From: Methanomassiliicoccaceae archaeon UBA480
GTDB lineage: Archaea; Thermoplasmatota; Thermoplasmata; Methanomassiliicoccales; Methanomethylophilaceae
Assembly (NCBI GenBank): GCA_002506425.1
Contig: DAXO01000017.1
Coordinates: 50,817 to 114,816 of the forward strand
Reading direction: 5' to 3'
Length of the DNA: 64,000 nt
Below the pieces are notes generated by a model that saw nothing but the letters and a program-made list of their open reading frames with translations, was not told the origin of the DNA and did no database searches. A program made the position numbers and the translations under genes. How positions within the stretch are numbered: the stretch's first letter is position 1; each line of letters starts with the position of its first letter. Shown here piece by piece: positions 9,867-19,699 of this stretch.

Positions 9867-10813
9867 TGGAGGTTCTCAGACCCGATCAGGTCAGAGAGCG
9901 CTACGGCCCCCTCTTCTGCCGCGGATTCTATACCCTCGTGGACGAGAAGGCCGGAAAGGCGCGCATCGTGGAGAAATGCGTCTCGAAAGGCCCCGGCGAG
10001 TGGGATGTCGTCAACAGGCGCCGCACGGGAGGAGTCATCGACGAGATCCGCATAGAATCGGATTCCATAATCATGGATGTCTCCATAGGAGAGAGGGAGC
10101 TGAGCTTCGGCCCCGTCTCCGCCGATGTGGGAGGCCAGGGGCTTTCGGCTCTGAAGGTCGAGGGCGACGAGGTCCGCACCACGTGGTTCGGGATAGCAGG
10201 GGCCACCGTAGGCATCGGCGCATGCATCCCACAATGTCCCGACGTCATCCGCACAGAGTATCCTGACGATTTCAAGATGGGCGGAGCGCACCGCGCTCAC
10301 GTCGACATCATCACGCCGAAGATGGTGAGGGTCATCATCGGGATCGACGACACCGATACCAAGGAGAAGGGCGCTTCGTGGGTCGTCTCCCTGAGGCTCG
10401 GGATGGAATGCCCTTACGGGAAGTTCCTGGAGCACAAGATCATCCAGCTGAATCCGAAGGTCCCCAACAAGACGACCAACTGCTGCTCCACGGCCGTCTC
10501 CTTCGCCGTGAAGGAGGAGGACATCCCGAAGCTCGTGGAGTACGCCGTGGACTTCGTGCGCAAGGAGAGCTATTCGGACGACGCCGTCATAACCGTATTC
10601 CAGGGTCTTGAGATCCCGGCTCCCCTGAGGGACTACGGATGGTCCTGCAAGTCCATGCTGTACACGACCGACGATGCAGTGAGGATCGCCGAAGAGAACG
10701 GGGTCCAGATAATCAGCGTCACCGGCCTCAAGGGAGTCATCGGAGCCGTGGCGGCCATAGGATGCTTCGATCTCGGAGAGAGGTCCGCAGGGATACCCGA
10801 GGACTTCGAGTGA
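9866..10813 (+). CDS. Methanogenesis marker protein 11-like (TiaS-like C-terminal domain)
   Basis: IGIDDTDTKEKGASW, QLNPKVPNKTTNC, GVIGAVAAIG motifs. Confidence 0.75.
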   Translation: MEVLRPDQVRERYGPLFCRGFYTLVDEKAGKARIVEKCVSKGPGEWDVVNRRRTGGVIDEIRIESDSIIMDVSIGERELSFGPVSADVGGQGLSALKVEGDEVRTTWFGIAGATVGIGACIPQCPDVIRTEYPDDFKMGGAHRAHVDIITPKMVRVIIGIDDTDTKEKGASWVVSLRLGMECPYGKFLEHKIIQLNPKVPNKTTNCCSTAVSFAVKEEDIPKLVEYAVDFVRKESYSDDAVITVFQGLEIPAPLRDYGWSCKSMLYTTDDAVRIAEENGVQIISVTGLKGVIGAVAAIGCFDLGERSAGIPEDFE

Positions 10814-10817
10814 GCCC

Positions 10818-11597
10818 ATGGACATTAAAGGGATCCTGACAGACAAGGCGTACGCCACCTACGATTCGCAGCTCGAGAAGGAGGTCCGCTCCGGCGAGAT
10901 GCCCCGGCACATCGCCATCATCATGGACGGGAACCGCCGCTATGCGGAGGAGGTCCTCGGCGAGGCCCCCATGGAAGGCCACAGACTCGGGCGCAAGAAG
11001 CTGGAAGAGGTCCTCCACTGGTGCCTCGACCTGGGCGTGAACATCCTCACCGTCTACGCCTTCTCGATGGAGAACTTCAAGAGGGACGAGGAGGAGGTCG
11101 ACTATCTCATGGACCTCATGGAGCAGTCCCTGTACGAGTTCGCCGACGACGAGGATGTCCAGGCCAACAGGGTGGCCATAAGAGTCATCGGCGAGAGGGA
11201 TGCCCTGCCCGAGAGGGTCCAGAAGGCCATGGACTACGCTCTGGAGAAGACCGCCGGATTCGAGGATCACACGTTCAATCTGGCGATAGCGTACGGCGGA
11301 AGGCAGGACATAACCAATGCCGTCCGCGGCATCGCAAGGGATGTTCTATTCGGAAAGCTCGAGGTCTCCGACATAAGCGAGCACACGATCTCCAGATACA
11401 TCTCCACCACCGGGATGCCCGATCCCGACCTGGTCCTCCGCACATCCGGCGAGGTCAGGGTATCCAATTTCCTGTTGTGGCAGCTCGCGTATTCGGAGCT
11501 GTATTTCACCGATGTTTATTGGCCCGGATTCAGGCATATCGACTTCCTGAGGGCCATACGCACGTACCAGCAGCGTGTCAGACGCTTCGGCAGGTGA
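10818..11597 (+). CDS. uppS: cis-prenyltransferase (undecaprenyl/polyprenyl diphosphate synthase)
   Basis: HIAIIMDGNRRYA, YAFSMENFKR, RTSGEVRVSNFLLWQ. Confidence 0.95.
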   Translation: MDIKGILTDKAYATYDSQLEKEVRSGEMPRHIAIIMDGNRRYAEEVLGEAPMEGHRLGRKKLEEVLHWCLDLGVNILTVYAFSMENFKRDEEEVDYLMDLMEQSLYEFADDEDVQANRVAIRVIGERDALPERVQKAMDYALEKTAGFEDHTFNLAIAYGGRQDITNAVRGIARDVLFGKLEVSDISEHTISRYISTTGMPDPDLVLRTSGEVRVSNFLLWQLAYSELYFTDVYWPGFRHIDFLRAIRTYQQRVRRFGR

Positions 11598-13327
11598 GCA
11601 TCTTGAGGAAGGACGTTATTTTTCTGCACGCCCCCAGTGTCTATGATTTCAGGAAGAAGCCGATATTCTACGGCCCCGTGTCCGATGTCATACCCTCGTC
11701 CCCGGTGTTCGAGATGTATCCCATGGGCTTCATGACCATATCGTCGCATCTCGAAGCCGCGGGATTCCGCACCAGGATAGTGAACATAGCGGTGAGGATG
11801 CTTCAGAGCGAGTCCTTCGATGCGGAGGAATGCATCAGGAAGCTCGATGCCGATGTATTCGCGATAGACCTGCATTGGATGCCCCATGCCCATGGGGCTC
11901 TGGAGTTGGCGAAGCTGGTGAAGAAGCACCATCCCGATTCCAAGGTCGAGCTGGGGGGCTTCACGTCATCCTACTTCTGGGAGGAGCTGATCCAGCGTCC
12001 GGAAGTGGATCTCGTTATGCGCGGGGACACGACCGAGGAGCCTACCGTTATGATGATGGAGGCGCTTCAGAAGGGCTCGGACCTGTCTAGCGTTCCGAAC
12101 CTCGTATGGAAGGATGCGGACGGCCGTGTGCACGACAACGGCCTCACCTACTCTCTGGAGGATCTGGACTCGATAAGGTTCGACTATGGGACCATGATCA
12201 GGAGCGTCCTCAGGAACATGGACATAAAGGGCGCTCTGCCGTGGTACGGCTGGGACAAGCTGCCTCTGACATCAGTCTTCACTGTCCGCGGGTGTTCTAT
12301 AAACTGTGCCGAATGCGGCGGATCCCACTATGCCAACGGCACGGTTGTATGCCGCAAGAGGCCGGCGTTCAGAAGTCCGGAGAAGCTGGCCGAGGACATC
12401 GATACCATCCAGTCCTATCTGGACACTCCCATCTTCATCGTGGGAGATCTGAGGCAGAACGGCCTCGGCTACGCCCAGAGATTCCTCAAAGAGTGTCGTG
12501 AGAGAGGGGTCGACAATCATGTGGTGGTCGAGCTGTTCAGTGGTGCCGGTCCGGATTACTTCAGCGAGCTCGACCGCTCCTTCGGCAACGGGTGGTCCAT
12601 CGAATTCTCCCCGGATTCGCATGACGAGAAGGTGCGCTCGGCCTTGGGCAAGGGCTACACGAATGCGGCGATAGAGCAGACCATCCCCGCAGCATTCCAG
12701 TGCGGATGCAGCAGATTCGATCTGTTCTATATGAACGGCCTTCCATTTCAGGACCGCGAATCCGCCCTCGACAGCGCCAGAGCGGCCAAGAGGTTATGGG
12801 CGTCCGTTGGGAAGGAGGACAAGCTGTTCATCTACAACGCACCCTTCGCGCCCTTCGTCGATCCCGGAAGCAGGATCTTCGAGCATCCGGAAGATTGGGG
12901 ATACACCCTGAGGGCGCGCACCCTGGAGGATCACAGGCGTCTCCTGGACAACCCGTCATGGAAGCACGTCCTCTCCTATGAGACGAAATGGATGTCGCGC
13001 GACGACGTGGCGGAGATCTCGTACGATGCCGCACTGGAGCTCGCAGGATGCGAGTTCGGGGCCGGCAGGATCTCCAAGGAGCAGTACGACGACAGGGTCG
13101 AGCGTACCGAGACGGCCCGTGCCCTGATGCACAGGATCGATGAGATCATGCTCGTGAAGGATCCGGCCGAACGCGAGGCCCGCCTATGGGAGACCAAGGA
13201 CGAGGGCACGAGGATGATGAACTCGACCATCGCCAATAAGAAGGACCTGGACTGGGACGCCGGCTCGATATGGGCCAACGGTCCCAGGGTGGTCTGCGGA
13301 CTGGTCAAGTCGCTCTTCAGGCGCTGA
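11594..13327 (+). CDS. B12-binding domain / radical SAM protein
   Basis: DLHWMPHAHG B12-binding region; RGCSINCAECGG (CxxxCxxC); GTGA overlap with uppS; start approximate. Confidence 0.85.
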   Translation: MSILRKDVIFLHAPSVYDFRKKPIFYGPVSDVIPSSPVFEMYPMGFMTISSHLEAAGFRTRIVNIAVRMLQSESFDAEECIRKLDADVFAIDLHWMPHAHGALELAKLVKKHHPDSKVELGGFTSSYFWEELIQRPEVDLVMRGDTTEEPTVMMMEALQKGSDLSSVPNLVWKDADGRVHDNGLTYSLEDLDSIRFDYGTMIRSVLRNMDIKGALPWYGWDKLPLTSVFTVRGCSINCAECGGSHYANGTVVCRKRPAFRSPEKLAEDIDTIQSYLDTPIFIVGDLRQNGLGYAQRFLKECRERGVDNHVVVELFSGAGPDYFSELDRSFGNGWSIEFSPDSHDEKVRSALGKGYTNAAIEQTIPAAFQCGCSRFDLFYMNGLPFQDRESALDSARAAKRLWASVGKEDKLFIYNAPFAPFVDPGSRIFEHPEDWGYTLRARTLEDHRRLLDNPSWKHVLSYETKWMSRDDVAEISYDAALELAGCEFGAGRISKEQYDDRVERTETARALMHRIDEIMLVKDPAEREARLWETKDEGTRMMNSTIANKKDLDWDAGSIWANGPRVVCGLVKSLFRR

Positions 13328-14131
13328 TCGCCTGGTCATGCTCCTCGACTTCTGGACCGCTGCGTCGATAGCCGCTATCATGGCAGAACGCAGGCCCATA
13401 TCCTCGGCGGCGCGAACGCCTTCGATGGTGGTTCCCGCAGGCGAACACACCTCATCCCTGAGCTCGTCGGGATGCTTTCCCGTCTCCAGGACCATCTTGG
13501 CCGATCCGAGCATGCTTTGAGCGGCGAGGCGTATCGCGTCCTTGCGCGGAAGACCGTTAAGCACGCCGGCGTCCGCCATGGCGTCGATCACCAGATAGAG
13601 GAATGCAGGAGAGCTTCCGGCTATGCCTGTGATGACGTCCATCTTCTCCTCGGGGATCTCGACGGCGAGTCCAACCGCTCCGAGTACGTCGGCGATCTCC
13701 GACAGCTCCGCAGGCTCTAGAGATCCGTCGGTGGAATACCCCATGGCGCCCTCCAAAACGGCTACGCAATGGTTGGGCATAACCCTCACAATCTTAGAGT
13801 CTGGCACATATGATTTCAGTTTGGAGATCGTGAGTCCTGCGACAAGGCTGAGGACGACGGATCCGGGCTGCATGCGGGTGCCTTCCCCTATGAACACCCC
13901 TTCCACCTGGCCGGGTTTGACGGCGAGTACCGCGAGTTTGGCTCTCGAGGTCACTTCGGCGGCTGTCTGGAACATTTCAATTCCGTATGTTTCGGACATG
14001 TGTTTGCGAGTTCCTTCGCTCGGCGCACAGGCTATGATTTCGTCCTTTCCGAACACGTTCTTGGCGATAAGCCCGGCGATGAGGGCTTCGGCCATCTTCC
14101 CTGCCCCGATGAATCCGATGCGTGCGACCAT
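13328..14131 (-). CDS. proC: Pyrroline-5-carboxylate reductase, 267 aa; ends at putative CGA stop
   Basis: GFIGAGKMA, LAVKP, RVMPN, GSSPAF, VCSPAGTTIEG; CGA abuts the TGA of the convergent gene. Confidence 0.93.
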
Positions 14132-14237
14132 GGGATCCCAATCATCCAGCTCGTAGAAAAAACATCATATCGCAATCGCAGAGGCTGAGCTTGTCGGTCC
14201 TTCTTTTAAATAAATAGAAGGCTGGCCTACTAACTTA

Positions 14238-14245
14238 TTTTATAC
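14238..14245 (+). promoter_or_regulatory. Probable TATA box of fpo operon (likely leaderless fpoA)
   Basis: TTTTATAC about 24 nt upstream of the fpoA ATG in an AT-rich divergent intergenic region. Confidence 0.5.
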
Positions 14246-14267
14246 TTCCACACCTTGCGCGCGTACA

Positions 14268-14630
14268 ATGTCTCTAGTAGCATTTTACATGCCATTGGCG
14301 ATAGTCGCGGTCATCGCCCTCGGCTTCGCCCCTCTGGCATGGTGGGTATCGAGGTTAATTCGGCCCAAGAAACCCACTCAGTGGATGGAAGCCACCTACG
14401 AGTGCGGTTCAGAACCTATCGGAGAGGCACAGGTCCAGTTCAGGTTCCAGTACTACACGTTCGCTCTGATCTTCGTGGTATTCGACCTGGTTGCGACCTT
14501 CCTCATGATCTGGGCAGTCGCGTTCTCCGGACTGTCGACAACCGCTCAGACCATGATGATCGCCTTCTTCGCGATTCTGATTCTTGGCGTCTGTTACTCG
14601 CTGAAAAAGGAGGAAAACGTATGGATATGA
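14268..14630 (+). CDS. fpoA: Fpo-like complex subunit A
   Basis: YECGSEP, FVVFDL; three TM helices. Confidence 0.93.
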   Translation: MSLVAFYMPLAIVAVIALGFAPLAWWVSRLIRPKKPTQWMEATYECGSEPIGEAQVQFRFQYYTFALIFVVFDLVATFLMIWAVAFSGLSTTAQTMMIAFFAILILGVCYSLKKEENVWI

Positions 14631-15184
14631 GCCTCTACCCCCATGCTGTGGCCATGAGTGCCGACGAGTTCATGTCTTGGTCTGACGCCATGATCAACGA
14701 CCTCTTGAGCTCGGGTACGAAAAAGACCATCGATGAGCTGACCGGACCCATATGGTCCTGGGCGATGAAGAATTCCATGCACCCCCTGCATTGGGGACTG
14801 GCCTGCTGCGCCCTCGAGATGGCTGCGGCATCCGCTCCCAGATACGATGCCGAGCGCTACGGAATGATCTACCGTTCCTCGCCCAGGCAGACTGACATTC
14901 TGCTCGTCAACGGATGGATCTCCAAGAAGATCCGCCCCGACCTCAGGCGTCTGTACGAGCAGATCCCCAACCCCAAGTGGGTCGTGGCCATGGGCGAGTG
15001 CGCCATCTCCGGCGGACCTTGGTACGACTCCTACAACACCGTGCAGGGTCTCGACCAGATTGTTCCGGTGGACATCTACATCCCCGGATGCCCTGCACGT
15101 CCCGATGCGATGATAGACGGCTTCATGCTGCTCCAGAAGAAGATTGAGAGCTACTTCAGGAGAGGCGCCTTCATGGAGGACTGA
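14621..15184 (+). CDS. fpoB: Fpo-like complex subunit B
   Basis: GLACCALEM, SPRQTD, MGECAISGG, YIPGCPARP. Confidence 0.95.
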   Translation: MDMSLYPHAVAMSADEFMSWSDAMINDLLSSGTKKTIDELTGPIWSWAMKNSMHPLHWGLACCALEMAAASAPRYDAERYGMIYRSSPRQTDILLVNGWISKKIRPDLRRLYEQIPNPKWVVAMGECAISGGPWYDSYNTVQGLDQIVPVDIYIPGCPARPDAMIDGFMLLQKKIESYFRRGAFMED

Positions 15185-15186
15185 GG

Positions 15187-15657
15187 ATGGACACTTCCGC
15201 AGTTTACCAGAAGCCCACCGAGGACGAGATCAAGGCGCTTCTCACAGAGAAGTTCCCCGAAGTCCAGGTCACCGGCACCGAGGCCCGCAGGGTCTACGCT
15301 AAACTCCCCAAGGAGAAGCTGAAAGAGGTCTGCGAGTACATCCACGACAATCTGACGTTCGAGCACTGCTCCACCGTCATCGGAGTCGACTACGTCGACC
15401 ATCTCACTGTCGTGTACCACCTTTCCAACTACTGGAACGGTGTGATGATCGAGCTCTCCGTCGATCTCCCCTCCGAGGATCCGCACATCGATTCCGTCGC
15501 GTGCATCTGGGAGGGAGCCAACTGGCACGAGAGGGAGACCTGGGAGCTCTTCGGTATCGTCTTCGACGGCCACCCCAGACTCGAGAGGCTCCTCACGCCC
15601 GAGACCTACGAGTTCTTCCCGTTCAGGAAATCATACAAGCTCAGGGGGCAGGAGTGA
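15187..15657 (+). CDS. fpoC: Fpo-like complex subunit C
   Basis: ANWHERETWELFGIVFDGHPRLERLL. Confidence 0.93.
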   Translation: MDTSAVYQKPTEDEIKALLTEKFPEVQVTGTEARRVYAKLPKEKLKEVCEYIHDNLTFEHCSTVIGVDYVDHLTVVYHLSNYWNGVMIELSVDLPSEDPHIDSVACIWEGANWHERETWELFGIVFDGHPRLERLLTPETYEFFPFRKSYKLRGQE

Positions 15658-16820
15658 TGGCAGATTCAATAGCGCCCATCGTGGCCGCCGAGGAGAAGAT
15701 CCAGGCACAGGCCGACAAGATGGATATGGACAAGATGTGGATCATCATGGGTCCCCAGCACCCGTTCTCGCACGGACTCTGGACCCTGAAGATCAAGGTC
15801 GACGGAGAGATCTGCATCGATGCGGATCCCATCGTCGGATACCTGCACAGGGGATGGGAGAAGGAGACCGAGAACAGGACCTACCCCAAGATCATCCCCA
15901 TGGCGGACCGTCTCTGCTACGCCGCCTCTATGACGTACACCCACCTGTACTGCATGACCGTCGAGAAGGCCCTCGGAATGGACATCCCCGAGAAGGCGAA
16001 GTACATCAGAATCGTCTCCGACGAGATCTGCCGTATCCAGTCCCACCTCATGTGGCTCGCCGCCGTCGGTACCGACCTCGGTAACCTGACCGTGTTCCTC
16101 TGGGCCATGAGGGAGAGAGAGTACTTCCTCGACCTCAACGTCAAGCTGTGCGGCGCCAGGATGACCACCAACTACCCGAGGATCGGAGGGGTCCGCAACG
16201 ACACCACCGAGCTCTTCGACAGGGACCTCATCCGCACCGTGGACAGGTTCGAGAAGGCCCTCTGGGACATCATCGCGCTCATGGATGACAGCGCCGTCAT
16301 CGTATCGAGGATGAAAGGCATCAGCTACCTCACCAGGGAGCAGGCCGCCAACCTCGGTCTCACCGGCCCGGCCATGAGAGGGTGCGGAGTCGACTTCGAT
16401 ATCCGCAGGGACGATCCCTACGACAACTACGACAAGGTCGATTTCGAGGTCCCCGTCCTCACCGAGGGAGACTCGTACGCCAGGTACATGATCCGCATCG
16501 AGGAGATGTTCCAGTCCTGCGACATAATCAGGCAGGCCGCCAAGAAGATCGAGGCGCTCGGAAAGAACGCCCCGTACAGGGTCAAGGCCCCCACCAGGGT
16601 GCCCGCAGGAACCCACTTCACCAGGCTCGAGGACCCGCGCGGCGAGTCCCTCATGTATCTCGTCTCCGACGGAACCGACAAGCCCTACAGGCTCAAGGTC
16701 CGCAGCCCCATCTTCGTGAACGTATCCTCCGCCAAAGCGCAGTGCGTGGGCGTAAGGATCGCCGATGTTCCGGCCGTCCTCGCCCAGATCGACATGTGCC
16801 TCGGAGAGACGGACAGGTGA
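15657..16820 (+). CDS. fpoD: Fpo-like complex subunit D
   Basis: GPQHPFSHG, GYLHRGWEK, EDPRGE, PYRLKVRSP, GETDR; no NiFe-binding CxxC pairs. Confidence 0.95.
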   Translation: MADSIAPIVAAEEKIQAQADKMDMDKMWIIMGPQHPFSHGLWTLKIKVDGEICIDADPIVGYLHRGWEKETENRTYPKIIPMADRLCYAASMTYTHLYCMTVEKALGMDIPEKAKYIRIVSDEICRIQSHLMWLAAVGTDLGNLTVFLWAMREREYFLDLNVKLCGARMTTNYPRIGGVRNDTTELFDRDLIRTVDRFEKALWDIIALMDDSAVIVSRMKGISYLTREQAANLGLTGPAMRGCGVDFDIRRDDPYDNYDKVDFEVPVLTEGDSYARYMIRIEEMFQSCDIIRQAAKKIEALGKNAPYRVKAPTRVPAGTHFTRLEDPRGESLMYLVSDGTDKPYRLKVRSPIFVNVSSAKAQCVGVRIADVPAVLAQIDMCLGETDR

Positions 16821-18001
16821 TTCCGGTGGTAGAGCAATATTCTAGCATACTCAACTGGATCGACTTCTTCAAGGACCCGATGCAGAATCAGTTCTATCCG
16901 TTCGAGGGAGTCTACAACCTGCCTTTCGACATATCCTACAAGCTGTGGGAGATCATCGGCGGGGCCATCGCCTGGCTGATCAACCTGATATTCCCCGGCA
17001 ACGAGGTCTCCGAATGGCTGATGAGCGACTACGTCAGCGTGCTGTTCTCGCTCATCATCTTCATGCTCATCGTCTTCATCGTGGTGTTCGTGTGTACGCT
17101 GCTGTCCCTGTGGATGGAGCGTAAGTGTCTCGGTAGGATGATGGACAGAAGGGGAACCATGGTGGGAATGAAAGGATTCCTGCAGTGTGTCGCCGACGGT
17201 CTCAAGACCTTCATGAAGGAGAACACCATCCCCAAGAAGGTCGACTCGATGACCTACATGTGGACCGTGTCCCTCATCGTGGGTGTCTCCGTCCTGCTGG
17301 CATGCATGATCCCTCTGTCTCAGAGATGGTTCGTCGTCAACTACGACTCCGGACTCCTCATAGTCATGGCATTCTTCGCCCTGGCTCCGTTCTTCATCCT
17401 GGTTTCCGGATGGTCCCAGAACAACAAGTACTCCATGATCGGAGGAATGCGTGCCGCCGAGCTGATGATCTCCTACGAGGTCCCCATGCTCATCATGATC
17501 GCGACAACCGCCCTCATGGCCGGCAGCTTCAATATCGGAGACATCGTCGACGCTCAGTACGAGACCATGTGGTACTTCATACCGCAGATCATCGGTGCAA
17601 TCACGTTCTTCTTCTGCGCCACCGCGGAATCCGAGCGTGTCCCCTTCGATATCGCAGAGGCAGAGGCCGAGCTGGTCGAGGGATGGCAGACCGAGTACGC
17701 CGGAATGAAGTGGGGTCTCATCATGCTGGCCGACTACTTCAGGGGATACGTCGCGTGCGCCATGTTCGCCATCATGTACCTCGGCGGATGGGCGCTCCCG
17801 GTCATCGGAAACGGACCCGTTCCCGAGATCGTGTTCCTGCTCAAGGCCTGGTTCGTGTTCTTCCTGATGATCCTCGTCAGGGCCGCGCTCGGACGTGTCA
17901 GGCCCGACCAGATCGTCAACATCGGATGGAAGGTCTTCATGCCTCTGTCCGTGATCAACCTGGCAGTCGTGCTGCTGCTCAAGACGGGAGGCTTCTTCTG
18001 A
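16817..18001 (+). CDS. fpoH: Fpo-like complex subunit H
   Basis: ADGLKTFMKE, GGMRAAELMISYE, ERVPFDIAEAEAELVEG; start approximate. Confidence 0.93.
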   Translation: MIPVVEQYSSILNWIDFFKDPMQNQFYPFEGVYNLPFDISYKLWEIIGGAIAWLINLIFPGNEVSEWLMSDYVSVLFSLIIFMLIVFIVVFVCTLLSLWMERKCLGRMMDRRGTMVGMKGFLQCVADGLKTFMKENTIPKKVDSMTYMWTVSLIVGVSVLLACMIPLSQRWFVVNYDSGLLIVMAFFALAPFFILVSGWSQNNKYSMIGGMRAAELMISYEVPMLIMIATTALMAGSFNIGDIVDAQYETMWYFIPQIIGAITFFFCATAESERVPFDIAEAEAELVEGWQTEYAGMKWGLIMLADYFRGYVACAMFAIMYLGGWALPVIGNGPVPEIVFLLKAWFVFFLMILVRAALGRVRPDQIVNIGWKVFMPLSVINLAVVLLLKTGGFF

Positions 18002-18744
18002 TGAGCATTAGATACCTAGACAAATACCCCCGCAGCAATGCGAAGCACCTGTGGGTCCTCAAGCCCCAGTGGGCCGTCCTCAAGCTGTTCGCCAAGAACA
18101 TCGTCCGCAGGCCGGTCACCGTCCTGTACCCCTACGAGAAGGAGTGGGTCCCGGACAACTACCGCGGCCGTCCCGGACTCATCTTCGACGAGTGCGTCGG
18201 ATGCGGCATGTGCGTGCGCATGTGCCCCACCGCCTGCATAAAGCTCGTCGACGCCCAGGATTCCGAGGGCAACACCGTCAAGAGGCCCCAGGTCAACATG
18301 GGAAGGTGCGCCATGTGCGGATACTGCGCAGAGTACTGCCCGGTGGACGCCATGACCGTGACTCCCGAGTACGAGCTGGCCGAGTACACCAGATTCGATC
18401 TCATCTACGGTCCCCGCAGGCTCGCCTACGACAAGACGACAGAGGGAATGAAGGTCAAGCTGGAAGTCACTCTCCAGTCGGATATCGACAACGGCAATCC
18501 CGAGAGGCGCGTCAGCCTGGCCAGCCTGGACAGGCCCATCCTCATCGATGCCAAGTGCATCGGATGCAAGAAGTGCGCCAAGGTGTGCCCCGTCGACGCC
18601 ATCGAGATGGTGGAGAAGGGGAAGAACGAGAAGACCGGAAGGCCCATACTCCGTCCGGTCATCGACGATTCGAAGTGCATCTGCTGCAGCAACTGCGTGG
18701 ACGACTGTCCCAAGGATGCGCTCGAGATGAAGGAGGTGCTCTGA
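18001..18744 (+). CDS. fpoI: Fpo-like complex subunit I with four 4Fe-4S motifs
   Basis: Four CxxCxxCxxxCP motifs; TVLYPYEK. Confidence 0.93.
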   Translation: MSIRYLDKYPRSNAKHLWVLKPQWAVLKLFAKNIVRRPVTVLYPYEKEWVPDNYRGRPGLIFDECVGCGMCVRMCPTACIKLVDAQDSEGNTVKRPQVNMGRCAMCGYCAEYCPVDAMTVTPEYELAEYTRFDLIYGPRRLAYDKTTEGMKVKLEVTLQSDIDNGNPERRVSLASLDRPILIDAKCIGCKKCAKVCPVDAIEMVEKGKNEKTGRPILRPVIDDSKCICCSNCVDDCPKDALEMKEVL

Positions 18745-19079
18745 TGGGAATGATCAGAGACATTTGGGACGCGTTCTGCGGAGGATTCGGAGATTTCGGA
18801 AACTACCTCCTCGGAAACCTGGACCTGGTGGCCTTCGTCCTCCTGTCCGCGATCGCGGTTCTGGCGGCGCTCTACGTCGTCACCGACAAGGAGGTCGTTC
18901 ACAGCGCATTCTACCTCGCGCTCGTGTTCCTGTGCGTAGGATTCGTCTATTTCTTCCTCGAAGCGGAGTTCATAGGCGTCATCCAGATCCTGGTCTACGT
19001 GGGAGCCATCACCATCCTGTTCGCGTTCAGCATCATGCTGACTAGAAGATACATTATGAAGAAAGGTGATTCCGAATGA
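18744..19079 (+). CDS. fpoJ: Fpo-like complex subunit J (N-terminal part)
   Basis: VVHSAFYL, AEFIGVIQILVYVGAI. Confidence 0.9.
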   Translation: MGMIRDIWDAFCGGFGDFGNYLLGNLDLVAFVLLSAIAVLAALYVVTDKEVVHSAFYLALVFLCVGFVYFFLEAEFIGVIQILVYVGAITILFAFSIMLTRRYIMKKGDSE

Positions 19080-19402
19080 GTCCCGGCATAGCGGATAAGA
19101 AGAAGGTAGTCGGCGCAACCGTCGCCGTGTTCCTGCTCGCAGTCCTGGCTGTCGGAATCTTCACCGTCGACTGGAGCGACTACACGGGCACCGACACTCC
19201 TCAGGAGCAGCCCACGTTCCCCACCGATGACGAAGACAGCATCTGGGACGAGAACGGCGACCTGAAGGAGGAGAGCCTTGCGTACACCATCTTCGAGAAG
19301 TACGGCCTCATCCTGATCCCCCTCGCGCTGCTGATGTTCGGCGCAATGGTCGGAGGAGTCGTCATTTCGAGAGAGGAGGCTGAGATCGATGATTCCAATT
19401 GA
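19076..19402 (+). CDS. fpoJ: Fpo-like complex subunit J (C-terminal part)
   Basis: IFEKYGLILIPLALLMFGAMVGGVVI matches the NuoJ C-terminus; operon position. Confidence 0.8.
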   Translation: MSPGIADKKKVVGATVAVFLLAVLAVGIFTVDWSDYTGTDTPQEQPTFPTDDEDSIWDENGDLKEESLAYTIFEKYGLILIPLALLMFGAMVGGVVISREEAEIDDSN

Positions 19403-19697
19403 GTTCTTCCTTCTCCTGGGAGCCATCCTGTTCGCCATCGGAGCGTACGGAGTGGTAACGAAAAGCAATGCGATCATCGTGCTGATGTGCATCGAGCTCA
19501 TGCTCAACGCGGCGAACATCAATTTCGTCGCATTCGGAGCCTTCCACCCCGACATAATGGGACAGGCTTTCGTCATAGTCACGATCACCGTTGCGGCCGC
19601 AGAGGTCGCCGTCGGTATCGCCATCCTGCTCAACGCATACAAGATGAGGAAGACGACCGAACTCGACGAGGACGGTCTCACATCCATGAGGTGGTAA
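19389..19697 (+). CDS. fpoK: Fpo-like complex subunit K
   Basis: LMCIELMLNAANINF, VAAAEVAVGIAI. Confidence 0.93.
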   Translation: MIPIEFFLLLGAILFAIGAYGVVTKSNAIIVLMCIELMLNAANINFVAFGAFHPDIMGQAFVIVTITVAAAEVAVGIAILLNAYKMRKTTELDEDGLTSMRW

Positions 19698-19699
19698 GC

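Noticed and set aside
11021..11593. Long N-terminal extensions in the ORF track (radical SAM, AMP phosphorylase, folD, kptA, fpoI, pyrE)
   Set aside because: Off-frame overlap with upstream genes; true starts coincide with stop/start overlaps or RBS.
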